This document shows, piece by piece, positions 21,677-30,520 of a stretch of 64,000 bases of DNA; the stretch's first letter is position 1; every line of letters begins with the position of its first letter. Both the position numbers and the translations under genes were made by a program. The notes beneath the pieces are model-generated. The model did not search any database. It had not been told where the DNA came from and saw only the letters and a list, made by a program, of their open reading frames with translations. Where the stretch lies: IMG/VR virus record IMGVR_UViG_3300005077_000489, positions 1-64,000 of that record; one strand, given 5' to 3'. The stretch comes from a virus (taxonomy: Duplodnaviria > Caudoviricetes).

Positions 21677-22567
21677 ATGTTATTATTATTCTGGAATTTA
21701 GTAGGCATAAATATTGGTTTGGTTACTAATATAAAGTGGTTTCATGACCATATGTACTCTCCTAGGTTTTTTTGCTTAGCCCAAGAAGGCATGAGTATAA
21801 TAAATCCGTATGCTGACCCTAATCAACGTCCTGAGTGCTCTTTCATTACTAGCGATGTACCATTAACAGATGCTACTTATTACAACAATAATATCTTAAT
21901 TGGCTCTACCACTGGTGTGAAGTCCTTGGGTTGGGACACGATAAAAAGGGCGGGATGCTTCCTAAATAACCCGGAGGACCTTACTATTGAAGTTAGCGAA
22001 TCCTATAATACCAGCAGTGGGATACTTTCGGATGAAATAATTGCTATCGATTCACTAAACAATTATTTAGCAATTCTAACAACCTCAGGTTTGTCATGGA
22101 CATCCAATGAGTCTTTTGTAAACTATCTTACGACTTCAGGTAGTAAAGTTAGCATGACTAATGGACCGCGTACTTACTTAGCGGACGGAGACACACTACG
22201 ATTAAAAATTGGTGAGATAAGCGACTTCTCCTCTTGGGATGAAGAGTACTATATAGGACGAGAGATAACCTCGTTGCATGTAAATCAATATAACGGAATA
22301 GATACGCTTTTTTGTGCCACTGCTTCTGGATTAGTTATGATTGAAGGAGAAAATATATATGACTTTTCTAATACCTTATCAGGAAGTCTGGAACTCACAT
22401 CCGTGGCTACGGAATATGACAGTAGTTTTAACTGGGGACATGCTTTTACTGGAGCATCTGGAATCGTTAATATCATAAATTTAAAACATAAAACTATTGA
22501 AAACACTATAGAATATGATGGTCAGCCTGTGCTGGCTGTAGATTATCCTAGAATTTATAGTAGGTAA
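21677..22567 (+). CDS. Hypothetical beta-rich protein with repeated xSG motifs
   Basis: 296-aa ORF; the true start may lie downstream of the listed one. Confidence 0.6.
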   Translation: MLLLFWNLVGINIGLVTNIKWFHDHMYSPRFFCLAQEGMSIINPYADPNQRPECSFITSDVPLTDATYYNNNILIGSTTGVKSLGWDTIKRAGCFLNNPEDLTIEVSESYNTSSGILSDEIIAIDSLNNYLAILTTSGLSWTSNESFVNYLTTSGSKVSMTNGPRTYLADGDTLRLKIGEISDFSSWDEEYYIGREITSLHVNQYNGIDTLFCATASGLVMIEGENIYDFSNTLSGSLELTSVATEYDSSFNWGHAFTGASGIVNIINLKHKTIENTIEYDGQPVLAVDYPRIYSR

Positions 22568-22586
22568 TTAACTAATTAACTAACCT
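22566..22586 (+). promoter_or_regulatory. TTAACTAA repeat motif upstream of groES
   Basis: AATTAACTAATTAACTAACCT; the same unit is tandemly repeated at 58775-58808. Confidence 0.45.
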
Positions 22587-22604
22587 ATTGTACAGGAGTG
22601 AATA

Positions 22605-22940
22605 ATGAGTGATTTTCCGGCTGGGGTTATCCCCGTGCCTATTAATGGAAGGGTTTTGGTAAGGATTCTTGGAGGGGAGAAAAAAACTTCAGGTGGTATT
22701 ATTATCCCCGATACTACTACGGAGAGACCAATATGCGGGAGGGTGGAGGAAGTGAGTGAAGGATATTATGATGACGGTGTTTTCAGGACGCATACTGTTC
22801 AGATAGGGGATACCGTAGTCTTTCAGTGGAAGGCTGGAATAGATTTGTATTTAGGTGATACAATAAATGAACAAATAGAATATCGTTTAGTTCATGAAAA
22901 AGAAATTTTTTGTATTTTGAAAGGAGTTTGTTATGGCTAA
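22605..22940 (+). CDS. groES: Co-chaperonin GroES-like
   Basis: PINGRVLVR, mobile loop EKKTSGGIIIPD, VQIGDTVVF, YRLVHEKEIFCIL. Confidence 0.93.
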   Translation: MSDFPAGVIPVPINGRVLVRILGGEKKTSGGIIIPDTTTERPICGRVEEVSEGYYDDGVFRTHTVQIGDTVVFQWKAGIDLYLGDTINEQIEYRLVHEKEIFCILKGVCYG

Positions 22941-23220
22941 AAGACCTAGTCAAGATGCTAAAGCGGATGGTTCATTCTTTGCCTTTGATGGGAATCCTAC
23001 TTGGCCCGCGGATGTGGAGCCGGTGGAAGAAGTTAAGGTAAATAGTACATGGGGTTCTGTTCGTAGTAGACAAAATATGGCTAATGGGAAACTTCCTGAA
23101 AAGGAAGAAAGGACTTATACTGTTGAAGAAGTAAAGTCTATTGTAGAATCTGCAGTAGCAGCAGCTCTAGCAGCTAAAGAAAAAGATGAAAAGGAAGGGT
23201 TGAAAATTGGAGGTAAGTAA
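22933..23220 (+). CDS. Hypothetical protein
   Basis: 95-aa ORF overlapping the groES stop; GGAG RBS. Confidence 0.65.
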   Translation: MAKRPSQDAKADGSFFAFDGNPTWPADVEPVEEVKVNSTWGSVRSRQNMANGKLPEKEERTYTVEEVKSIVESAVAAALAAKEKDEKEGLKIGGK

Positions 23221-23222
23221 AC

Positions 23223-23741
23223 GTGACTTCTCCCAGTTATCCTTGTTTGCTACTGTCTTACGACTATCAACCATTAAGATACGTCGATGTAAAGCATGCA
23301 TTTAGATTAATTTTTGCTAATAAAGCCGATATCATAAAAGAGTATAAGGACCGTGTAATTCGCACAGTTAGCAAAATAATAAATGCTCCTGCTGTTATTA
23401 GATTATTAGGCAAATTTAAATTACGTTTTCCTATTAAGTTATCTAGGCGTAATATTTTTATACGAGACAAGTTTATGTGTCAATACTGTGGTAAAGAAGG
23501 AAAGCCTTCTGATCTAACACTTGATCACATAACTCCTAGGTCCAGGGGCGGTAAATTCACATGGGAAAATATAGTAACATCATGTTATGCATGTAATACT
23601 AAGAAGGGTGATAGGGAACCGAATGAAGCAGGAATGGGCTTACTATGTGGGGAACCAAAAAGGTTAGAAACTCTTGAGTATTTGAGAAAATGCCTTAGTT
23701 ATAGTCGCATCGTACCAGAGTGCGAAGATTTCTTAAGGTAG
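23223..23741 (+). CDS. HNH endonuclease (McrA-like)
   Basis: RRNIFIRDKFMCQYCG, LTLDHITPRSRGG, WENIVTSCYACNTKKG. Confidence 0.93.
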   Translation: MTSPSYPCLLLSYDYQPLRYVDVKHAFRLIFANKADIIKEYKDRVIRTVSKIINAPAVIRLLGKFKLRFPIKLSRRNIFIRDKFMCQYCGKEGKPSDLTLDHITPRSRGGKFTWENIVTSCYACNTKKGDREPNEAGMGLLCGEPKRLETLEYLRKCLSYSRIVPECEDFLR

Positions 23742-23762
23742 AGATGAATTTGTGTACTATAT
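23737..23762 (+). promoter_or_regulatory. Copy 4 of conserved promoter-like motif
   Basis: GGTAGAGATGAATTTGTGTACTATAT, about 21 nt upstream of the HU-like gene. Confidence 0.7.
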
Positions 23763-23783
23763 ATTAATTAGGAGAGGACGATT

Positions 23784-24089
23784 ATGAAGGATAATAAGAT
23801 GACTTTTCAATTCTTGATCGAGAGCTGCTTTGCTCAATTTCAAGGAGAAAAGGTTACTAAGAAAATAGCGGAGGAAATAATTCGCAGTATTTTTGAAGAC
23901 ATTGCAGATGCTATGGAAAAGGATATGTGTGTCTCTATCATGAACTTTGGAAGATTTGAAACGACCAATAGAAAGAGTAGGACATATGTGGAACCTAGGG
24001 AACAACGAACAATCACATCAAAAGGCGGACGTTATCCTAGGTTTATTCCTTCAGGTAGTTTGAAAAAAAGAGTGAGAGGGGAAGACTAA
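23784..24089 (+). CDS. HU/IHF family DNA-binding protein
   Basis: VSIMNFGRFE, RKSRTYVEPR, YPRFIPSGSLKKRV. Confidence 0.85.
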   Translation: MKDNKMTFQFLIESCFAQFQGEKVTKKIAEEIIRSIFEDIADAMEKDMCVSIMNFGRFETTNRKSRTYVEPREQRTITSKGGRYPRFIPSGSLKKRVRGED

Positions 24090-24091
24090 TT

Positions 24092-24475
24092 ATGTCAGAT
24101 GAAACTTTTAGTTTAAAAATTAAGACAAGTAAGGAACAGGCTAAAAATTTACTGGAGATGCTAGGTAATAAGGAAGAGATAGATATGCCCGCGATCCCTT
24201 TGACTGAGGTTAAAGCATACACCGAGGGTAATAGAAAAAACATTTGGGAAATTACTATCAATATGGAAACGATGATGCATGTGGAAAGTAATAAGAAATC
24301 TGCAGCCGCTTTAGTAGAAATGCTAGAATACTCCGCTGCTGAAGAGCTGGTGTTACCCAAATTGAAGGTTAGTAACATTCGAGATTTTGTTGCTGGTGAT
24401 AGAGATAATTTATTGCTAATTGAATTTCGTAAGGAAAGGATGGCGAAAGAGGATATTCCAGGGAACCTAGCATAA
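24092..24475 (+). CDS. Hypothetical protein
   Basis: 127-aa ORF in operon context. Confidence 0.65.
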   Translation: MSDETFSLKIKTSKEQAKNLLEMLGNKEEIDMPAIPLTEVKAYTEGNRKNIWEITINMETMMHVESNKKSAAALVEMLEYSAAEELVLPKLKVSNIRDFVAGDRDNLLLIEFRKERMAKEDIPGNLA

Positions 24476-24903
24476 TGCAACACCTAGAAACGTTTACATA
24501 TAAAATTTTATTAGTGGCTAGAAATCTTTCTGATGCTGGTATAATTAATAAATACTTTTTGGCGGCAGGTGGGCTGGAGATGGATATAGAATCTATTCCT
24601 TCGGGTGTAGTTTCTAAGTTACAAGATAAGAGTTATCAGGCTTGTATAGTGTATGTTGATGAAGATTTTCCCGCACCACTACAGCTGGTTAAGGCAGTAA
24701 GAAATAATAGTGGGTCATCCAAGATTCCACTTTTAATTATTACGGACGAACCTTGGTCTCAAGTTACTGAATACTATGATGAAGGTGCAAGTTTTGTTGC
24801 CTGGGATGAATTGGATGCAGACCTAGCAAATGAATGTTTGCATATAATTGATGCAATTATAAGATTTGTGGAACGGTTCAGGGACAGGAAAGGAACATTT
24901 TAA
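24475..24903 (+). CDS. Degenerate receiver (CheY-like) domain protein
   Basis: YKILLVA, IVYVD, LQLVKAVR...KIPLLIIT, YYDEGASF follow the receiver fold, but the first acidic pair and the KP motif are absent. Confidence 0.55.
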   Translation: MQHLETFTYKILLVARNLSDAGIINKYFLAAGGLEMDIESIPSGVVSKLQDKSYQACIVYVDEDFPAPLQLVKAVRNNSGSSKIPLLIITDEPWSQVTEYYDEGASFVAWDELDADLANECLHIIDAIIRFVERFRDRKGTF

Positions 24904-24968
24904 TTATAAATAGGTCTTAATTTTATATAATTGTCCTCCTACGTAGTTCTGGCTAAAGCGGGGACAAT

Positions 24969-25050
24969 GGTTTGTGGATGGTGTAACGTAGGCTACATCG
25001 CTCGGCGTGTAACGGCGAGAGTATTCGGTTCGAGCCCGTGCCACAAACCC
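24969..25050 (+). tRNA. Degenerate tRNA-like element; anticodon ambiguous (GTG His or GTA Tyr)
   Basis: GGTTTGTGG/CCACAAACC acceptor pairing, D stem GTGT/ACAT, T loop GGTTCGAGCCC; imperfect anticodon arm; CCA not encoded. Confidence 0.55.
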
Positions 25051-25059
25051 TTTTACAAT

Positions 25060-25563
25060 GGGCGCGAAAGGTTTCGACGTAGGTTGAAGGACGTATTTGT
25101 AGGATAGCAGGTGTGAGTAATACCTTAAATTATTCAAAACAACAAATGCCGAAGATTATTCTATCTTGGATGCAGTTCTTTATTGCGTAGAGCAAGACCG
25201 TAGCGGGGTTAAACTCGCTTCTTAAAGAACCAGCGGGGTTCCCAATAACCTAGCAACAGAAAATTGGGTACGGAGCGAAGCTTCCTTCTTGGTTGAAGAA
25301 GAGAAAGACAACCTGGCGGAAGGAACGTAGGAAACTACGACCCCAATATAGGAGTAGAAATACCCTTTCTCGGCGCACAGAAGTTTGTGCATGAACTTAT
25401 TCACATGCAGAAGCAACTTAGTTACGCGAAACATGTAGGTGTAGCGTGTGCGGAAACCGTGTAATCCTACAACTCTCTGTCGGGAGTCTAAAATGGACTA
25501 TGCTATCTAAACTATTGATATGAGAAGACATTACGAACTCCAGTTCAATTCTGGACGCGTCCA
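25060..25563 (+). ncRNA. ssrA: tmRNA
   Basis: 5' GGGCGCGAAAGGTTTCGAC pairs with 3' CGCGTCC-A including the G3:U pair. T arm TCCAG-TTCAATT-CTGGA. Tag ORF 25148-25225 reads AEDYSILDAVLYCVEQDRSGVKLAS*. Confidence 0.92.
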
Positions 25564-25608
25564 AAACCCAACTTATTAATAATACTAGGGAATAATGGTT
25601 AAATATAT

Positions 25609-26568
25609 ATGCGTAGAAAATATTTATTGAATGAATGCGTCTTTGATGATTTAAATAATGAAGATGCATGTTATTGGTTAGGGGTTATAACCGCCGACGG
25701 ATGGGTTAGTGGTAATACACTTGGCTTAGAGGTTTCTATCAGAGATTATGAATGGTTAGAATTATTGAAGGAATTCTTATCATATACTGGTCCAATCTAT
25801 GTTTATGGTCCGTCTAAATCCGGTAAAGGAGGCGGTAATAGATGTAGGATAAGTGTCTGCTCTCCTAAAATTGTAGATAGACTTTGTAATTTAGGTATAG
25901 ATAATCATAAAACTACTACAGCTAATTTTTGTAATAAATTACCTATGAATAATATTTGTCACTATATTAGAGGTATTACAGACGGTGATGGACATATTAC
26001 CTATAAAAAGAAGGGAAAAACTTTTGAATGGGGGATAACAGGTACCAAAAGATTATTAGTGGGTATAAAGGAGCACTTAAAAAATAAATTTGAGGATATT
26101 AACTTATATCTTGGAAAACACGGTAATATATTTAGACTCACTTCAACTTCTAATTATGGAACATTTATTATTTTGGATTATCTATATAGTCATTCTCAAT
26201 ATTCATTGGAGAGAAAGAAAAAATTAGCAGAATTAGTAAGTTCTCACAGTTTTAAATATTCTAAATATAAATCTTACAGAAATGTATCTGCTTTAAATCT
26301 TAAAGAGTTCTATGATATATATGGTTCTTGGGCAGCAGTTGCAAGACATTTAGGTGTAGATAGATCACAATTATGGAAGATGCGTGTGTCACGTGGTATG
26401 AGTGTAGATAAATCTTGTAAGTTTATCTCACAAAATATAACAAAAGAAACTATTCATACACTGTATTCTAAACTAGGAACATGGAAAAAAGTTGCCGAAG
26501 AGTTAGGAATTTCAGAGAGGCATCTATTCAGAATAAGAAATAATCTTTGCAGCGCGGGGTCACAGTAG
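25609..26568 (+). CDS. Free-standing LAGLIDADG homing endonuclease with C-terminal HTH repeats
   Basis: YWLGVITADGWV and HYIRGITDGDGHI motifs; two C-terminal WAAVARHLGV / WKKVAEELGI helices. Confidence 0.88.
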   Translation: MRRKYLLNECVFDDLNNEDACYWLGVITADGWVSGNTLGLEVSIRDYEWLELLKEFLSYTGPIYVYGPSKSGKGGGNRCRISVCSPKIVDRLCNLGIDNHKTTTANFCNKLPMNNICHYIRGITDGDGHITYKKKGKTFEWGITGTKRLLVGIKEHLKNKFEDINLYLGKHGNIFRLTSTSNYGTFIILDYLYSHSQYSLERKKKLAELVSSHSFKYSKYKSYRNVSALNLKEFYDIYGSWAAVARHLGVDRSQLWKMRVSRGMSVDKSCKFISQNITKETIHTLYSKLGTWKKVAEELGISERHLFRIRNNLCSAGSQ

Positions 26569-26647
26569 AAGTGGTAGCCCTCCGTTGCTTAAAAGAGCAT
26601 ACAAGAAGAGGACTCTGGTCTTATAAAACTTGTAACTCTTAAATAAA

Positions 26648-26678
26648 GGGGCTCCTAATTCTAGATTATAGGAGCCCT
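26648..26678 (+). terminator. Hairpin after the LAGLIDADG gene
   Basis: GGGCTCCTA/TAGGAGCCC stem. Confidence 0.55.
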
Positions 26679-26706
26679 AACTTTGTACTAAATTAGGGGA
26701 AATTAA

Positions 26707-27081
26707 ATGGAAAACTTACGTGGACTAAGTTCTGTAAGGGTTAATAAAGGATTTTTGTTGGAAAAATTGAGGGAAAATAAAGATAGTCATAGAAGAATGT
26801 TTGAAGAAGCCTTAGAAGGTTGGCATGAAGAGGTATTAAAGACCCTAAAAGAGACGATAAAGAGAGTTAAAGCGGATAAACAGTATAATCCGCGGTGGTA
26901 TCTGCCCATGCCCACAGACCATACGGCTGACTATGATAGGGTTATAGAACTCATAGAGGCTAGTTTGGATGAAGAGTTCGTATTATCTGAAACAGAGTTT
27001 AACCAATTTGTAAGAGATGACTGGGGTTGGAAAGCAGATTTTATGAATACATATGTAAACTATAGTAATAATGCAGGTTGA
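26707..27081 (+). CDS. Conserved phage hypothetical protein
   Basis: LLEKLRENKDSH...PTDHTADYDRVIELI...EFNQFVRDDWGWK; GGGGA RBS. Confidence 0.7.
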   Translation: MENLRGLSSVRVNKGFLLEKLRENKDSHRRMFEEALEGWHEEVLKTLKETIKRVKADKQYNPRWYLPMPTDHTADYDRVIELIEASLDEEFVLSETEFNQFVRDDWGWKADFMNTYVNYSNNAG

Positions 27082-27709
27082 TTTTATGGAAGTAATTATA
27101 CGTTCAAAAGGTGAATTAATTTCTAAATTGGAACAGGTTAGATTGCGTGGGGATGGACCGCAACCATATCTAGCAGCAAGAATAGACATAGTTTCTTTAG
27201 ACCCTTGTATTTTTTCTCCTACGCAAAGATATGTGTTAACTAAAGAACTTAATAAAATACAAGATTTAAGATGGGATTTGCTAGAAAATAACGGAATTGA
27301 TATACTTAATTTGCAGGGATATATTAAATGTAGTTACAAGGAAGTAGTAAAGGAGGGCGATACTCCACATAATTATGTAATAGATGTAATACCACCTGTT
27401 GTGGAGGAATATTTTGATGACAAAGGAAGACTACATTTGGTTATATCGGATGGACAACATAGGTGTTTTTTAGCAAGACAAATGAATTCTCTAATTAACG
27501 TTGCTTATGTTAGGGGTATCAGGAGTGGTTTAGAATATTACGCTCATCCTTTACCTAATGGTTGGGATGATGTGGAAATAAGAGATGATATACCTGAAAA
27601 ATATATTAAAAAATTTCACACTGTTAAAGATTACAAGGCTCGTTTTAGGGATTATAATACTAGATTTAATAACATCGGAACTAATAGACCTAGGGACCTA
27701 ACGTATTAG
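27071..27709 (+). CDS. ParB/sulfiredoxin-like domain protein
   Basis: PPVVE...ISDGQHRCFLAR resembles the ParB-N DG-HR motif. Confidence 0.55.
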   Translation: MQVDFMEVIIRSKGELISKLEQVRLRGDGPQPYLAARIDIVSLDPCIFSPTQRYVLTKELNKIQDLRWDLLENNGIDILNLQGYIKCSYKEVVKEGDTPHNYVIDVIPPVVEEYFDDKGRLHLVISDGQHRCFLARQMNSLINVAYVRGIRSGLEYYAHPLPNGWDDVEIRDDIPEKYIKKFHTVKDYKARFRDYNTRFNNIGTNRPRDLTY

Positions 27710-27719
27710 AAGGAATAAT

Positions 27720-28772
27720 ATGTCGTATCAAAACTTAGCTAACCAATTAAGACCTAAATTTTTTAAAGATTTCATAGCAAATGAACACATTGTATTAATA
27801 TTGAAGAACATGTTATTAAGTAATAACATTCCTAATGGCATCATATTCAGTGGTGTACGCGGAGTGGGTAAGACCACACTTAGTAGGCTACTAGCTCGTG
27901 CTATTAATTGTTATAGTCCTAATGGGCATGAACCCTGCGGTGTTTGCGAGAGTTGTACAGCTGAGAACCACCCTGATATAGTAGAACTTAGTGGGGCTAC
28001 ACACGGGAAGGTGGACGATGTACGTAAGTTAATAGACCAAACTTCTTATTCTCCTATGTTATCCCGGAAGAAAGTATTTATAATTGATGAGGCACAAGGG
28101 CTTGGAATATCACAGTCTAGTTGGGACACTTTATTAAAAGTACTGGAGGAGCCCCCTGAACATATATTGTGGATTTTTTGTACTACGCAAAAAGGTAAGA
28201 TTCCTGAAACTATTAAGAGTCGCCTAGTTTCCTTAGATTTGCGTTTAATACCTACGAATGACATAACAAATTACATTGCGAATATACTCCCTACCAACGG
28301 AGATTTAATTGTACCTGGTATTATCGCACGAAATGCTAATAATTCTTTGCGAGATGCATTAACTTTGTGTGAGAAGATTATCCCGTACTGTAATGATCAT
28401 GGCTGGTCTGCTGAAGCAGTAAATTCTGTATTGGGTACCTTTAGTAATGATCAGATTAGTAATATTCTACAATGTATTATAAGCCATGATTCTGCATGCC
28501 TATGGAAACTATTAGAAAGCTTGATAGCTAATGGAGTGGACCATAACATTATATTTGAAGACGGGTTGGTAAAACCTCTTTCTGATTTAGTAACAATAAC
28601 TCTAGGAGGCTTTGTAGATAATTCTTCATTGTATGAGGAACCTTTTAAACAATTAGGAGTCCCTAGAATTATGTATTTGTCTAATATCTTGTTAAATAGG
28701 ACACAACAATTCATTAATACGACTAATAAGAAACTAGTTTTACAAATACTTGCTATGGAGTTATGTGCATAA
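27720..28772 (+). CDS. dnaX: DNA polymerase III gamma/tau-like clamp loader ATPase
   Basis: LRPKFF, Walker A GVRGVGKTT, Zn module C...CGVCESC, Walker B IIDEA, LLKVLEEPP, IKSR. Confidence 0.92.
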   Translation: MSYQNLANQLRPKFFKDFIANEHIVLILKNMLLSNNIPNGIIFSGVRGVGKTTLSRLLARAINCYSPNGHEPCGVCESCTAENHPDIVELSGATHGKVDDVRKLIDQTSYSPMLSRKKVFIIDEAQGLGISQSSWDTLLKVLEEPPEHILWIFCTTQKGKIPETIKSRLVSLDLRLIPTNDITNYIANILPTNGDLIVPGIIARNANNSLRDALTLCEKIIPYCNDHGWSAEAVNSVLGTFSNDQISNILQCIISHDSACLWKLLESLIANGVDHNIIFEDGLVKPLSDLVTITLGGFVDNSSLYEEPFKQLGVPRIMYLSNILLNRTQQFINTTNKKLVLQILAMELCA

Positions 28773-29632
28773 TGTATTTCATGGACATCTTTGATAGCCT
28801 TGCACCACCAACGAAACCTAGAATATATCTGAGCGGAAATAATGGCTTCTTGAAAGAGTTTACCATCGGTATATTTTACAATATATGGAATAAGAGAATT
28901 GTACGCGTCAATAAGGAGATAGATTTTAGTACAGAGTCTACTGCTAGTTTATTTCCAATGTCTAAAGAACCTATGTATATCTTGTCGAACTCTATAGAGC
29001 CTAAACATTTCAAAGATTATATGATTAAATTATCTGATAAGAAAATGCCTACCAAGTATAAGAAGGCGGGTTTCACAGAAATAATTTGTGGAGATCTGTT
29101 TCCAAATCAAGTAGAAAAACTTTGTTATTTATGGTTGAATAAACGGATTAGTATGGAGAATGTCAGGTTTATATGCTACACAAATCAATATGATATATAT
29201 TCCTGTTGGAATACTACTACTATTTTATCTGACCTACTAGATTCCGGAATTTCATTAAGTCACGATGGTATAAATGCTATCTGTCATAATTTGTCTGGTA
29301 ATCCCGTATATAAAACACTTGATTATTTCATAGACGGTAAGTATAATTTATTTATGACTAATATAAATAATGATACTTATAAGCCCTTAGAGATGGCTAG
29401 CGGGTTGCTGCATACGATTCAAAAAATAAATCAGAATAGTTTACTACCACCTAAGACTTGGTATCAGAATAAATTGTATTCCTCATATCTAAGATTACAA
29501 CCTTATAACATAAATTTAATTGTGAAATATTGTAATGAATTAGTTGAGGGCTTCAATATTAGTAAGAATATTTTTACATTGAAGATATCTAAGTTGGTGT
29601 CTTATCTCACTGGATTATCACCAACTTTGTAG
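28763..29632 (+). CDS. Possible clamp loader delta (HolA)-like subunit
   Basis: Overlaps dnaX; N-terminal RIYLSGNNGFLKE resembles the delta start; similar size; no Walker A. Confidence 0.4.
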   Translation: MCIMYFMDIFDSLAPPTKPRIYLSGNNGFLKEFTIGIFYNIWNKRIVRVNKEIDFSTESTASLFPMSKEPMYILSNSIEPKHFKDYMIKLSDKKMPTKYKKAGFTEIICGDLFPNQVEKLCYLWLNKRISMENVRFICYTNQYDIYSCWNTTTILSDLLDSGISLSHDGINAICHNLSGNPVYKTLDYFIDGKYNLFMTNINNDTYKPLEMASGLLHTIQKINQNSLLPPKTWYQNKLYSSYLRLQPYNINLIVKYCNELVEGFNISKNIFTLKISKLVSYLTGLSPTL

Positions 29633-29646
29633 GAGGGATTATTAAT

Positions 29647-30063
29647 TTGAATGTTACTAAAGACGACAGAAAATTTTATATCTCAGCTATTGATTATGTC
29701 ACCGAGCAAGTGGAGTTCGTAAGGGATTTTACGCGTTATAATGGTTTACCGTCCTTACCGTCTTCAGAAATTTCCGATATTATGATTGCCGGTGTAAAGC
29801 AATGGCTCCATAGTCTTGAAGGGGAGGCGTGGTTGGCGTCCATAGGGTATGTTAGGTATGATTCAATTGTTTCTGTAAATAATATGCTGATAAGTCCCAG
29901 CGGGATACTACTCTGCCCTGTTTGTAGTGGAGTGCATAATCATAATACTGTTGCCAAATGTGAATGCTGTGGTAGAGAGATTTGTGATACTTGCATGTCT
30001 ATAGTTGATAAGCCATACGAGATAAGATGGTGTAATGATTGTATAGAGAGGCATTTTAACTAA
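29647..30063 (+). CDS. Hypothetical protein with C-terminal Zn finger
   Basis: CPVC, CECCG, CDTC and CNDC motifs. Confidence 0.65.
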   Translation: MNVTKDDRKFYISAIDYVTEQVEFVRDFTRYNGLPSLPSSEISDIMIAGVKQWLHSLEGEAWLASIGYVRYDSIVSVNNMLISPSGILLCPVCSGVHNHNTVAKCECCGREICDTCMSIVDKPYEIRWCNDCIERHFN

Positions 30064-30089
30064 CTTTCTGTGAATATTGATGAATTATA

Positions 30090-30341
30090 TTGTTTAGGAG
30101 GCTCAGAAACGCTATGGCACGTGAGTGGGAGGAAGCACCAGTTCAAAAGTATAATAATTATGATACCTATTTTAGACGCAGTGACTTAATGTCTTATGAA
30201 AAGGCTAAAAGAAAGTTTGACCCTAATGAGGGTGACCCTCGGTTTGGTAGTGTTAGAAGATACCAACGCGGTTACAATGATTTAGACCAGTTACGCGAAG
30301 AAATTCGTGTAAAAAATTCGTATGAGGGGATGTTCGATTAA
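30090..30341 (+). CDS. Hypothetical protein
   Basis: 83-aa ORF; start uncertain. Confidence 0.55.
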   Translation: MFRRLRNAMAREWEEAPVQKYNNYDTYFRRSDLMSYEKAKRKFDPNEGDPRFGSVRRYQRGYNDLDQLREEIRVKNSYEGMFD

Positions 30342-30520
30342 TGGCTAGAGATAGAGTTAGGTCCAGGAATAGGTCTCGTTCTATGGCAAGTAAAAAAGAA
30401 ACCCACGGAGAAACCTGTATGTGTAGAAGGTGCCGCGGACGGAATGAAGCATTAGAAAGAGAGAAAACTAATAAATTTAAAAGTTATGCAGAATATTTGA
30501 GTGACGAAAACGAAGTATAA
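30341..30520 (+). CDS. 59-aa basic protein with H...CxCxxC motif
   Basis: MARDRVRSRNRSRSMASKKETHGETCMCRRCRGRNEALE...; TAATG coupling to the previous ORF; not in the ORF track. Confidence 0.55.
   Translation: MARDRVRSRNRSRSMASKKETHGETCMCRRCRGRNEALEREKTNKFKSYAEYLSDENEV

Noticed and set aside
24930-24968. GTCCTC...GGCTAAAGCGGGGAC as a theta/HDV-like ribozyme beside the tRNA
   Set aside because: No P1 or P3/L3 of the right size, and it lies 5' rather than 3' of the tRNA.
25226-26640. Group I intron explaining the long tmRNA or hosting the adjacent LAGLIDADG gene
   Set aside because: The tmRNA ends pair normally before the ORF begins, and I could not find P7 or other core intron motifs.
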